NCBI RefSeq assembly: GCF_006345805.1
Contig: NW_021834696.1
Span: 1 to 45,867 of the forward strand
Reading direction: 5' to 3'
Source: Octopus sinensis
Lineage: Eukaryota
DNA length: 45,867 nucleotides
The notes beneath the pieces were generated by a model. It saw nothing but the letters and a program-made list of their open reading frames with translations, was not told the DNA's origin and ran no database searches. Positions 1-11,164 of this stretch are shown here, one piece after another; the first letter of the stretch is position 1; each line of letters opens with the position of its first letter. Position numbers and translations under genes: made by a program.

Positions 1-676
1 TGATAGGATATTTTTAGTTCGTTAATCAGAAGAGAATGGTTGATGTTCATTTTTCGTTCTTCAACATTAGGGAGATTGTTGTGACAGTCGCTTAACCAGG
101 ACATCCGCAGTGAAAACATGGGCCAAGAGGTACTGTAGCTAAGAAATATGTTTTGTTTGTTTGCAACAGATATCCAAGGTACAACATGCGACAGACAAAA
201 ACTTCCTGTGTTTTAAAGGCCAAGGATGTGCATTTAGTGAAGTTAGAGAGATGGTAATAGTATTTTTATGTAGCTTGTGTTTTATTTTTTTTCAGTTACC
301 ATCATGGTTTGAACCGACGCATATCATAGGTTTGCTATTGAAACATGTATCAAGAATGGTAATCGAGAAGGTTTTTTTTAGCTGTATCTTGTATTATAAT
401 TGAACGACGTTTAAGAGCTGTGATTTGACAAGTCAGTGAATGAATATTTGCACACGGAAATCATCTGCGGGAGGTAATTCAGCACAAACTACTCTAAGTT
501 CTTCACAAGGACATTTGCGATCTTCCATTGATCCATAAATTACAGATATAATCCATTTTTGAAGTTAAGAGCATTTCTTAGAATTTCTAAGAGATCTGCT
601 TCTGATTTAAATGTGCTCATTAAGTAGAAAGAAAATGGCTTCATTAGCTGAAAATAACTCTTTTCTTATATTTCTT

Positions 677-680
<4 letters not shown>

Positions 681-721
<41 letters not shown>
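681..721. repeat. (CT)n microsatellite
   Basis: Pure TC dinucleotide run. Confidence 0.95.
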
Positions 722-722
<1 letters not shown>

Positions 723-835
723 TCTTATAGTCTCTTTCATCGCTCTTTCACTATCTCCTTGTCTCTATTTCTCTCAATTTCCCTCAAGGCTTTCCGTCTG
801 GGGAGGTAAAGTAGGCGGTATATACCCCACTGAAA

Positions 836-1249
836 GGCGGCGAGCTGGCAGAAACGTTAGCACGCCGGGCGAAATGCGTAGCCGTATTTCGTCTGTCGTT
901 ACGTTCTGAGTTCAAATTCCGCCGAGGTCGACTTTGTCTTTCATCCTTTCGGGGTCGATAAATTAAGTACCAGTTACGCACTGGGGTCGATGTAATCGAC
1001 TTAATACCTATGTCTGTCCTTGTTTGTCCCCTCTGTGTTTAGCCCCTTGTGGGTAATAAAGAAATAGGTATTTCGTCTGCGTTACGTTGTGAGTTCAAAT
1101 TCCTCCGAGGTCGACATTGCCTTTCATCCTTTCTGGGTCGATAAATTAAGTACCAGTTACGCACTGGGGTCGATGTAATCGACTTAATACCTATGTCTGT
1201 CCTTGTTTGTCCCCTCTGTGTTTAGCCCCTTGTGGGTAATAAAGAAATA
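836..1249 (+). mobile_element. tRNA-derived SINE family A with tandem 184-bp body duplication
   Basis: Head GGCGGCGAGCTGGCAGAAACG, B-box-like GAGTTCAAATTCC, body units starting at 884 and 1068; 19-bp TSD GGTATATACCCCACTGAAA at 817-835 and 1250-1268. Confidence 0.9.
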
Positions 1250-1756
1250 GGTATATACCCCACTGAAACTGTAATAGTGTTTCTGATTTAGGCATAAAGA
1301 CGTCAGCATTGAAGGAAGTGAATTTGTCCCTAGAATCGATCCCAGTAGTATTTGTCTAGAACTTTATTCTATCCACCCCAAAAGGATGTCAGGAAAAGTT
1401 GACCAAAGCTGAATTTGAATTCAGAATGTAATTTGAACTCATTCTAATGGCGTCGTCCATAGCATAGGGTCTATCTACTGAATGACCGCACAATCTTTCT
1501 AGTTGGATCTATCAATTGCAGGACTGAGATGTCATCCTAATTGCATCTAACAACTCAAGTGCTAGGATGTTAGCTTTGTTGTGTCTACAAACTGATGCAC
1601 TGTAATGTAACCTTAATAGGGTCTACCGGGGAACCGCTGTCCGCAACAATCCAAACATTAAATATAAGTTACGTCCTATGTAAACAAACAATTTTGTTTT
1701 CCAAGCATTGAAGCGTATTGTAGAACAAGTAGAAAGATAAATAAAATTTATCTTTC

Positions 1757-2033
1757 TACTTTTTACTCTTTCACTTTTACTCTTTTACTTGTTTCAGTCA
1801 TTTGACTGCGGCCATGCTGGAGCACCACCTTTTTGTCGAGCAAAAGCCTGGTACTTATTCTATCGGTGTCTTTGGCTGAACCGCTAAGTTACGGGGATGT
1901 AAACACACCAGCATCGGTTTCGGTTGTTAAGCGATATTGTGGGGGGACAAACACAGACACACAAACACATGCACACACACACATATATATATACATATAC
2001 GTTTATACGAGGGGCTTATTTCAGTTTCCGTCT
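1757..2033 (-). mobile_element. SINE family B, 5'-truncated
   Basis: Matches the 3' half of the other B copies (GCTCCAGCATGGCCGCAGTCAAATGACTGAAACAAGTAAAAGAG tail). Confidence 0.85.
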
Positions 2034-2174
2034 GAATAATAAAAAGCCTCGTACCTTTTAGCATTAGTGTGGAGCCAAACGTTCAAATTACATCTTCCTT
2101 TGATAAAGTCATTGAAACATGCAAAGTTAAAAGCATTGAGTGAGCAGAATTTAGTGGTTTAATTTAATTTACAC

Positions 2175-2561
2175 TGTGGAGGCGCAATGGCCCAGTGGTT
2201 AGGGCAGCGGACTCGCGGTCGTAGGATCGCGGTTTCGATTCCCAGACCGGGCGTTGTGAGTGTTTATTGAGCAGAAAACACCTAAAAGCTCCACGAGGCT
2301 CCGGCAGGGGATGGTGGTGATCCCTGCTGTACTCTTTCACCCACCACTTTCTCTCACTCTTACTTCCTGTTTCTGTTGTACCTGTATTTCAAAGGGCCGG
2401 CCTTGCCACTCTCTGTGTCACGCTGAATATCCCCGAGAACTACGTTAAGGGTACACGTGTCTGTGGAGTGCTCAGCCACTTACACGTTAATTTCACGAGC
2501 AGGCTGTTCCGTTGATCGGATCAACCGGAACCCTCGTCGTCGTAACCGACGGAGTGCTTCC
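2175..2561 (+). mobile_element. tRNA-derived SINE family C
   Basis: Head GGAGGCGCAATGGCCCAGTGGTTAGGGCAGCGGACTCGCGG...GGTTTCGATTCCC; homologous copy at 43775-44085. Confidence 0.85.
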
Positions 2562-3468
2562 ATATATATATATATATACACACTATTGTTAAAGCTGCCA
2601 AATATTCACAAAACTGTTACTCAGAGTTTCACGTTCCCGTTCGTCGGACAGATGTGATGAAAGCTGAATTAAAATTGATTGCATATTTAATATAATGTTA
2701 AGTAATATGAATCAAATCAACGAATAAGCATTTTAATCTGATTAGGTGGAAGGTTTTTTAAACCATAACGGTGTAATTTTCGTTAGAGGTTGGGTGGTTG
2801 GGGGATGTGAAAATTAACAGTCACGCACAAATATAAATATCATGATAAAATCGAAAAAAGAAACTTGCGTGGAACGGGTGGGGGGTGTCGAGAAAATAAA
2901 TAATGAATCACCGAGTACTATTTTTTCCACCTTGTTTTGCATTTATGTATTCATCTCTGTGTGTATAAATGTGTGTTTGTGAGTAATATATATATATATA
3001 TATATATAGGCGCAGGAGTGGCTGTGTGGTAAGTAGCTTGCTTACAGATTGCTTCTGCGCATGTGCAAGTCAGTGTTGTACTTGACGCCGTCTTAAATTG
3101 AAGACTTTTGAATACTCAGCCGTAAGGTAAGAATTTTGGGGGTCTAGTGGGGACCTGTTGTATGTTTCAAATTATTTTTACAAGCAACAAGTCCTCAGTA
3201 GGCTCTAGTCTGCCGGAGGCTGAGTGAAAATATTATTCACTTAATTGTGAAAATTATTGGTTTGGTAGGCGTATCCTGCCAAACTTTTGTTTGAAAATAG
3301 TGTTGTTCCTGTTAAGGAGTACCTAGAAGAAATTTAGAATGATTTTTTAACTGTTTTACAGTTGTGTTAAATTTTGGCCGTAACGGTAAATTGAGAATTT
3401 TTGTTTGAGAGTTCTTCTTATGAATTCTAGTCGGCGTATCTCGCCAGAAAAATAAGAATAAGCCATTT

Positions 3469-3516
3469 GGATTACCTTTTGGATTACCTTTTGGATTACC
3501 TTTTGGATTACCTTTT
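3469..3516 (+). repeat. 12-bp tandem repeat (GGATTACCTTTT)x4 in the 5' UTR of E1
   Basis: Four exact units read directly. Confidence 0.95.
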
Positions 3517-3796
3517 TGGAGTATTATACAAAGGATTCCTGTCTGTGCCATTTGTGAGGTTTTTCTTTTACTTTCCCCTTCTCCTATTTTTCTTTCTTTC
3601 TAAATATTGGTTCATTCTTTTCATTACTTTAATTTCAGTTTCCTCCCCTCCTCTTTTATTTTGTTTTATTTTTATTCGATTTAATTTTTTTGGCAGACTG
3701 TCTTTTGAACTACTTTTGAACTGTTTTTTGACATGGCAGAGAAGGAACTCTGTCTCAGAGTGGGAAATTAACCCGCCTAAGCAATGGTTAAAAGAT

Positions 3797-4942
3797 ATGG
3801 AGGAGAAGACGGTGGTACTTAGAACGTATTCTCAAGTTCTTAATTCCATCACCGTCTTCCCAAAACAAGTCATAAAAAATGAACTTAAAGAACATTTGTC
3901 CTCTGTAAAATATATATCCCGTGGTGTCAAACATGCAACCGTATGGTTGCTGTTTGACAACGGGGAAAAGGCTCGCCAGTTTGCGAGTCAGCTTTTAGAA
4001 GGCAATGAAATTTTGTTTCTCCCGTCATATTGTGGAAGAAAATTCATACGAGCCTGGGTATGTGGGCTTCCCCCGGGCACCGAAGCGGATTGGATTGAAG
4101 ATACCATCCGACGGGGACTGGGGTATGGCGGGCCCAGGCTCTTAAATGTAAGGGTATTGCCGGCGGTCGATTGGGAAGGGTCAAAAGCGATTTTGACCCT
4201 GTGGACCCCATCGGCCGCAACAGAACTGGTTTTTCCAGATTTCTTGAAAATGGCTAGCTGCAGGTATCCAGTGATACTTGAGGGACGTCCCCCAAAGTGT
4301 CACTCGTGCCTGCAGCCAGGCTACATTAAAAGGAACTGCCCCCAGGACCATGGTAAGGTCCTGGAACAGTCACCAGATGCCACCTCCCCTACTCGGTCAA
4401 AGGGAGAGGTGGATGTGGTCGAGGAAGATTCAGCCTCCTCAACTCAAAAAGGATTAAAAAGGAAGAAGACGGGCAACAATAGTTGCCCGCCGAAGGAACC
4501 TAAGGCTTCGGGAGGCGGGGGAGAGTCTCCGGACAAAGCGGAAGAGCTCCACTCTCCCGAAGCCAGGAAGAAAAGAAAAAAAAGAAAGAAGAAGAACGGG
4601 TCATCTCAGCAGGGAGATGATGTGCCGACTGCATGCCCCGAAGTTGTGCCATGCACGGTGGAAGAAACCATCCCCACCCTTAAAAATGATCAATTGATTA
4701 TCTTTTTCTACAAGGGCGGGGAGGTGGAAAAAATAGTAGAAGAACATATAGAAACAGTAGATATGCCCTTCACACGGGATCCCGAATGGCGACCGCAGAT
4801 AGCTGTGGAGGTCATAATGTTTCCCTCGTGGGAAAGGCTTAAAGCGTTTGGGGAGGAGTGTCGCATATGGCCGGGTGGCCCTTACACGACTTACATGTCC
4901 TACATGAGTGAGGTATGGGGAATGGCGGGATACAGGAAATAA
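3797..4942 (+). CDS. LINE ORF1/gag-like nucleic-acid-binding protein (381 aa from ATG 3797) with zinc knuckle
   Basis: CHSCLQPGYIKRNC at 4298-4339 (CX2CX4HX4C with H>Y, CAC>TAC); basic KKRKKRKKK tract; homologous to the E2 protein (TVVLRTYS vs TVVYRTYS). The listed 3467 TTG start lies in T-rich UTR; ATG 3733 plus a frameshift is an alternative start. Confidence 0.75.
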   Translation: MEEKTVVLRTYSQVLNSITVFPKQVIKNELKEHLSSVKYISRGVKHATVWLLFDNGEKARQFASQLLEGNEILFLPSYCGRKFIRAWVCGLPPGTEADWIEDTIRRGLGYGGPRLLNVRVLPAVDWEGSKAILTLWTPSAATELVFPDFLKMASCRYPVILEGRPPKCHSCLQPGYIKRNCPQDHGKVLEQSPDATSPTRSKGEVDVVEEDSASSTQKGLKRKKTGNNSCPPKEPKASGGGGESPDKAEELHSPEARKKRKKRKKKNGSSQQGDDVPTACPEVVPCTVEETIPTLKNDQLIIFFYKGGEVEKIVEEHIETVDMPFTRDPEWRPQIAVEVIMFPSWERLKAFGEECRIWPGGPYTTYMSYMSEVWGMAGYRK

Positions 4943-6116
4943 AGCGGCATTGAAGATAATGATGAATATATCGATAGATATATCGAAGAGTAGGAGGTGA
5001 AAGACCCTCGTTACAGAGTTTGAAACCTCACCTTATTGGACTATTTTGTAGTGGTTTATAACCTCAATTTTGAAAATATGTTAAGTAAGAGGTTTTAGTG
5101 CCTCCTTCTTGTAAAAGGTTTGAAACCTTAGATTGATTTAGGAAAAAAAAAGAAGAAAATATGTTTTCGAGAAAAATCCAATCGGCGGGTGTTGGGTTTC
5201 GTCTCTCATCTATTCATTATAATTCATTTCATTCATTAATGTGTTTGTCCAGCCCGCAAAGCTCTTTGTACTGTCTATATGACAAATTTTCGAAATAAAG
5301 TAGCTTGCTCACCAACCACATGCTTCCGGGGTCATTCCCACCGCGTGGCACCTTGGGCAAATGTCTTCTACTATAGCGTCGGGCCAACCAAAGCTTTGTG
5401 AGTGGATTTGGTAGACGGAAACTGTAAGAAGCCCGTCGTATATATGTATGTATATATGTATATATATGTGTGTATGTATGTTTGTGTGTCTGTGTTTGTC
5501 CCCCCAACATCGCTTGACAGCCGATGGTCCCCATAATCTAGCGGTTCGGCAAAAGAGACCGATAGAATAAGTACTAGGCTTCCAAAGAATAAGTCCTGGG
5601 GTCGATGTGCTTGACTAAAGGCGGTGCTCCAGCATGGCCGCAGTCAAATGACTAAAACAAGTAAAAGAGTAAAAGAGTAAAGAGTATATATATGTACAAA
5701 GTGAGATAAGGGTTGTAAATGCAACCCTCCATGGGATATCATATATCCAATTTACTGCTAGTGAAGTACCCAACAAAGTTAATACATAAATGTTAAGGAT
5801 TGCGATGCAATCAATTCATTTACTGTGTTATATGGGCTAAGGTAAAATGATTTACCACAAATTACTAATACAAGATAAGAAAATGGAGAAAAACATCTAA
5901 ATCAAATATCAATTACCAGATAATACTCAATCACATACTTTATTAAACCACCACATAAGAGACTGTAGGGTTAAACATAAAAAAGTAGAACAAATCAGTG
6001 TACATAAAGGAATGTACATAAAAAAGTGTACATAAAAGAGTAATGTTGTATAATAAGTAGAATATATATAAAACAGAGAATATAAATATAAGTAAATATA
6101 AATATAAGTATAGATT

Positions 6117-6301
6117 ACATCTTACAGCTGTTTCGGCCATGTAGATAAGTATGTCTCATTTTACCAATATTAGCCTTACCAATATTAGCCTTTTATGATA
6201 TGCACTCATATGTATATGTATATCTCCGAAGAGGCCCTATGATAATTTTGTAAATGTCTCATTTATATCTATATATTGACCTACCATAAAAGGCTAATAT
6301 T
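6117..6301. other. Hammerhead-bearing element with the ribozyme split across an inversion
   Basis: + strand ATATCT-CCGAAGA-GGCC (6220-6236); - strand GGCC-GAAA-CAGCTG-TA-AGATGT (6138-6117); inverted overlap AATATTAGCCTTTTATG / CATAAAAGGCTAATATT. Confidence 0.55.
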
Positions 6302-6323
6302 GTATTTCTCTATTTTCTTATCT

Positions 6324-6406
<83 letters not shown>

Positions 6407-6440
6407 TGTCTGGTGTGTGTGTGTATATATATATATATGT

Positions 6441-6923
6441 AAATTAATAGTTATCGCCATACTAATATGGCAGTCTTATAAATATAAGACTATAACTATT
6501 AATTTCCAGTAACGCTGCCGTAATCTCCTTTAGAGAGACTTAGTAATTTTAATATTTCTATTATTGAAAACAAGTGGATGTATTCCACTGAAACTAGGTA
6601 AATAGATTCTTCGAACAGGGACAGTCAGTAGCGACACCTGCTGGGTCTGACTAAGCTGCATTGATAAAGGGCAAATACCCTGAAACATGTCTGCAGCTGT
6701 CTGACTGGCAGGATGAAGCGGCTGACCTCCCCTGTTCGAAAGTTTATAATGGACGCAGGTTGTGTGTCAACTAGCTAGCTTGAGGCGGTGGTCTCATGGA
6801 GCTAATCAGCGACAGCTTTAGTCTTATATTTATAAGACTGCCATATTTGTATGGCGATAACTATTAATTTCCAGTAACGCTGCTGTAATCTCCTTTAGAG
6901 AGACTTAGTAATTTTGATATTTT

Positions 6924-6929
<6 letters not shown>
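6441..6929 (+). mobile_element. Retrozyme-like element: 365-bp monomer, 73-bp direct repeat and 51-bp 5' inverted segment
   Basis: Direct repeat 6492-6564 / 6857-6929 (3 mismatches); inverted repeat 6441-6491 / 6820-6870 (1 mismatch); internal hammerhead; flanked by (TA)n. Confidence 0.75.
6654..6698 (+). ncRNA. Type I hammerhead ribozyme motif (U3-A8 core variant)
   Basis: AGCTGCA-TTGATAA-AGGG CAAATA CCCT-GAAA-CATG-TC-TGCAGCT: 7-bp stem I, 4-bp stem II, palindromic stem III ACATGT, GUC cleavage triplet. Confidence 0.8.
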
Positions 6930-6965
<36 letters not shown>

Positions 6966-7033
6966 CATAGATATAGTAAACTCAGTTACCACGTCAAAGT
7001 GGCGGTTGAATGTTACTGCTAGTATCAGGATTC

Positions 7034-7075
7034 CAAGACTGAATCAGTTTCGAGCTATTTGCTTATCCTCAGTCG
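7034..7075 (-). ncRNA. Minimal type I hammerhead ribozyme motif
   Basis: CGA-CTGAGGA-T AAGC AAATA GCTC-GAAA-CTGA T TCAG-TC-TTG: canonical core, near-palindromic stem III, GUC site, 3-bp stem I. Confidence 0.7.
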
Positions 7076-7155
7076 CGAGCACCGCTTTGATGTGGCCGCT
7101 GGCTTTACTGTTTATTATAGTTACTACTCTGGTCTCTTCGTAAGATTTTACAACT

Positions 7156-7235
<80 letters not shown>

Positions 7236-7343
7236 CATACATACATACATACATACATACATACATGCATACATATATATACACGCATACACACACACAT
7301 GCCAGCATGGGAAAAAAAACCTTCAAAGGTAATAATTATTATT

Positions 7344-7508
7344 AAAATTATAATTTAGGGTATCTAAGAGACACCTTAACGCTGGAAATAGCAGCCAAAA
7401 CGTGACTCTAAAAACACATTAAAGGAACATTTAATGTAGTTTTAAAGTCAAGTTTTGGCTGCTATTTCCAGCGTGGAGTTATCTCTTAAATACCCTAAAT
7501 TATAATTT

Positions 7509-7509
<1 letters not shown>
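7344..7509. mobile_element. Palindromic foldback/MITE-like element
   Basis: AAAATTATAATTTAGGGTAT...ACGCTGGAAATAGCAGCCAAAAC pairs with GTTTTGGCTGCTATTTCCAGCGT...ATACCCTAAATTATAATTTT around a short loop. Confidence 0.75.
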
Positions 7510-7541
<32 letters not shown>

Positions 7542-7571
7542 GTATATATATATGTATGTGCGTGTGTGTGT

Positions 7572-7798
7572 GTGTGTTGTGTGTGTCGTTGTGTCTGTAG
7601 TTCCCCACCGATTGACAAATGGTGTTGATGCCTTTACGTCCCCGTAACTTAGAAGTTCAACAAAAGAAACCGAGAGGATAACTCCTAGATATAAACGGAA
7701 CATAAGTACTGGGATCGATTGATTCGACTAAAATTCCTCAAGGTGTTGCCCCAGCAGGGCCGCAGTCTAATGACTGAAATAAGTTAAAGATAAAAGAT
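7572..7798 (+). mobile_element. SINE family B 3' half, diverged
   Basis: GTCCCGTAACTTAG...GGCCGCAGTCTAATGACTGAAATAAG tail. Confidence 0.75.
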
Positions 7799-9044
7799 TA
7801 AAAAAATATATAAATGTATGTACGTATTTAGTTCAAATATATATTCAATTAAACCTTTATTGTAATTGAATTTTACTTCAAATTAATACAATTTCGACAT
7901 AATTTACTCTTGTGTTTTTTTTTTATTTCTTTTATTCCTATTTCCCCGCAAAAGATTCGTTTAAATTTACACTCGATGAAATGATGACACTTGTGAGAAA
8001 AGAAAAATTTAACTGATTAGAAATCAATCTGTGATAGTTCCACCGGCATCGTTATTCATCAATCGATTCGTTCGTTAGTAAGTTGCATTACTGTGAACTT
8101 AACTAATTCGATCGCCGAGTAGCGCAATAAGCTTAAGAAAAAGGCAAATGAAATATGTCGTCCTCAGGTGACTACCTTAAACTGATTGAAAAATAAAGCT
8201 GGTACTGCATTCTTATGTTCTTCTTCATTCCGAAAGGACATAATGTTCGAGGCGTAAATTTTGCATTAGGTTCATTAAAAACTGACTACTTATGGCAAAC
8301 TCCAAACAGTATGCACATTTATTACTGGAAACCTTAAAATAAATTTTATAGGCAGCTTCTACTGTAAATTTTGAATATCCTTTCGTACACGAAATTGTTC
8401 ATTGACTTTATTCAGTATTTATTGAAAATTAAAGAGCCTTTAATGAAACCCTAGTTGGTTGGATTATTGTACGTTATTCACGGACATCATACAATCTTGT
8501 AGTGATAACAGTTCTTCAACTGGATCGCTTAAGGCCGTTATTATGGACATTTGAAAAGAAAATGAAACGCGTTAAAACGAAATTTGTAATTTCAAACCGT
8601 TGACTATCTTATAATCATTGGCTGATATTGTGTATGTTCAACAATATGTTAGAAATTATATGCAATGGCTTAACGAATATATGTAGTGTTAGGTAACGTA
8701 AGATACTGTATTAAGTTGTTGGCGTATCGAGAAAAATGCTTAGTAGCATTTAGTCCGTCTCTGCGTTCTGAATTCAAATTTTTCTTACTTTCCATTTGTC
8801 TTGCTCGCTTACGTTTCTGGTGTTTGCAAAATTTTCTAGAGAACAATTCTTAGTGGTAAGAACATAGCGGATCTTCTTCTAGCATAAGGATTTCCACATA
8901 GTGGTAATTCCCTCTTATATGTATGTAATACTATTTATTGAACCTCATGTTTTTAATATGCTAGACCACTGCTGTTAAATTGATGTTATCAAATAATATC
9001 CAATTTTTTCACCTCATTTTAAAATTTAATTATATATATATATA

Positions 9045-9111
<67 letters not shown>

Positions 9112-9440
9112 GTATGTATGTATTATGTATATATATATATGTAGTATAGTATGTATGTATGTATGTATGTATGTATTTATATATATGCATTTAAATGGAG
9201 TCTGGATAGATTCCTTCAAGGATACCAGATAAGCCACCCATAATTGGATACAACTCACCTACAAAAACTCACTACTTGAATGGACCATAAACAAAACTTG
9301 ACTTAAACAGGATTCAAATAATCCTATCAGGTGGTGCTATTAAGTTAGACGTGGCCTGGACCAATCTTTGGTCGAAACATATCTAAGTTTATCTAAGTTT
9401 ATATATGTATATATATAATATGTGTATAATTATATATATG

Positions 9441-9509
<69 letters not shown>

Positions 9510-9715
9510 TTCGGTGCGAATGGTTTTTTATACGGCGCCGGGTTTACAATCCTGTAAATAATAATGATGGTATTTTTATATAGGCTCGAAGCCTATGGTG
9601 ACCAGCGTGCAATGACGAAGGAAAATAGTCTATTAAAGGGTCATATAAGCCCTCGACAAAAAAAAGAAGGCTTTCCTACCCCCCCCCCCCCCCCCACACC
9701 ACATACATATATATA

Positions 9716-10551
9716 CAGGGTGCGTAAGATAATTGAGGATAAATTTATGTTTATAAAACGAACAGATATTATATTAACAGATAATAACTTCATTTATCAA
9801 AATATGCTATAAGAATAAAAATAAAGCTTCTCTATAATGTTATTCAATAAAGCCACCTTCGATTTCAACAACTGTTTCTATATGAGTTCTAAATCATCTA
9901 CATGCTCAAATCACATGGTCCTGGTTCATTTTGGACATTACTCTGTCTATGGCAGCTTTCAAAGAATATTTGGTGTAATGAGCGTGTTCATTGAACTCTC
10001 TCTCAACAACGCTCCACGTGTAATAGTCTAATTGATTGAAATCTGGAGAATTAGGAAACCAAATGCTGGGTGTTATGTGATCATGAAAATTTTTAGCCAT
10101 GTATTCCTGTGTTACTAGAGCCATAGGTGATAGTGCAGAGTCTTACTAAAACATATATTACCTTCCATTGCATATATTGTCTATCCAGGACTTAACAATT
10201 ATCTCCAGGACCGCAACGTGGGCGGCAGAGTTAACTCTAAGGCTTTGTGGAAAGAAGTAAGGAGGCATCACATATCCTTCGTTGCTGACAACCCCTAAAA
10301 CCATGACACTTGGAACCTCCGAAGCGTCTGCACATAACCATCTGTCATTTCTTCTGTTAACTTTTTGATCTTGGTCGACATTTTTCTCGTTTGAGAAATA
10401 CCATAATAACAGCATGCCTCTTCATTTCATGAGTAAACCGAGGGTCTGCCATTATTATTTTCTGAAACAAAGATTATATCGAGTTGCAAAACATGCAGCA
10501 ATGACCCCAAAAAGCAAAAGAGGTATGTCCTCAAATACCTTACACTCCCTA
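9716..10551 (-). mobile_element. Internally deleted maT-type (DD37D) Tc1/mariner transposon relic
   Basis: Imperfect TIRs CAGGGTGCGTAAGATAATTGAGGA vs rc TAGGGAGTGTAAGGTATTTGAGGA, TA flanks; FSNEKN, VMVLGVVSNEG, D-SALS...NSPDFNQL-D with 37 residues between the second and third D; multiple stops. Confidence 0.85.
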
Positions 10552-10983
10552 TATATATATATACATATATATATATAACGCATGTACCCCAGCATGGCGA
10601 CAGTCAAAGGACAGAAATAAGTAAAAGAATAAAAGAATAAAAAATATATATATACGTACATGTATATGCACGGAAATGCAACTAGACATATAAACGCACC
10701 TTTATATGACACGTTCGAGCAGATAATGCGTATAATTGTTCATACACAGATATAAGGTTGGACACTCATAAGAACATACATATATCTATGTGTGCAAGAA
10801 CCATGCAAATGAAACTACGTTAAATAAAAAGGTATTAATCATGTTTATCTGAGTGTAAAACTTTAATGAAAGATAAGTAAAATATGAACAAACGTAAAAT
10901 GAAATGTATATAACAAAATGAAATGGAACGTGATGAAAGTCATATATACACATATAACAAACTTATGGGCATGTGTGTGTATC

Positions 10984-11015
<32 letters not shown>

Positions 11016-11117
11016 ATATGTATACCTGTGTGTAGAAAGATAGATATAGATAAATAAATATATATTCATAAATACAGCCACACACACATGTATATGCATG
11101 CATGTAAATATATATGT

Positions 11118-11161
<44 letters not shown>

Positions 11162-11164
<3 letters not shown>

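Larger units (their letters stand above)
3046..5297 (+). mobile_element. ORF1-only non-autonomous retroelement E1 (L1/Tx1 ORF1-like)
   Basis: 15-bp TSD AAGTAGCTTGCT(T/C)AC at 3031-3045 and 5298-5312; one long ORF with a zinc knuckle; ends in AAATAA; no EN/RT coding capacity. Confidence 0.85.
3009..5683 (+). mobile_element. SINE family B split by a 2.25-kb insertion (3009-3045 and 5298-5683)
   Basis: Head GGCGCAGGAGTGGCTGTGTGGTAAGTAGCTTGCTTAC stops at 3045 and resumes at 5298 with AAGTAGCTTGCTCAC-CAACCACATG, ending in the (GTAAAAGA)n tail. Confidence 0.92.

Noticed and set aside
1440-1680. Possible RTE C-terminal relic on the minus strand
   Set aside because: Only a vague GRP...D...W pattern with several stops; insufficient.
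2175-2250. tRNA-like sequences at SINE heads as true tRNA genes
   Set aside because: A/B boxes are present but acceptor stems are not closed, and each continues into a repeated SINE body.
3467-3796. N-terminal 110 aa of the 491-aa ORF-track call
   Set aside because: Starts at TTG in the 12-bp repeat and translates T-rich UTR (F/L-rich); homology with E2 begins only near TVVLRTYS.
9355-9390. GACCA/TGGTC stem followed by GAAACATATC
   Set aside because: No CUGANGA upstream without assuming a 4-nt deletion, and stem I does not pair.
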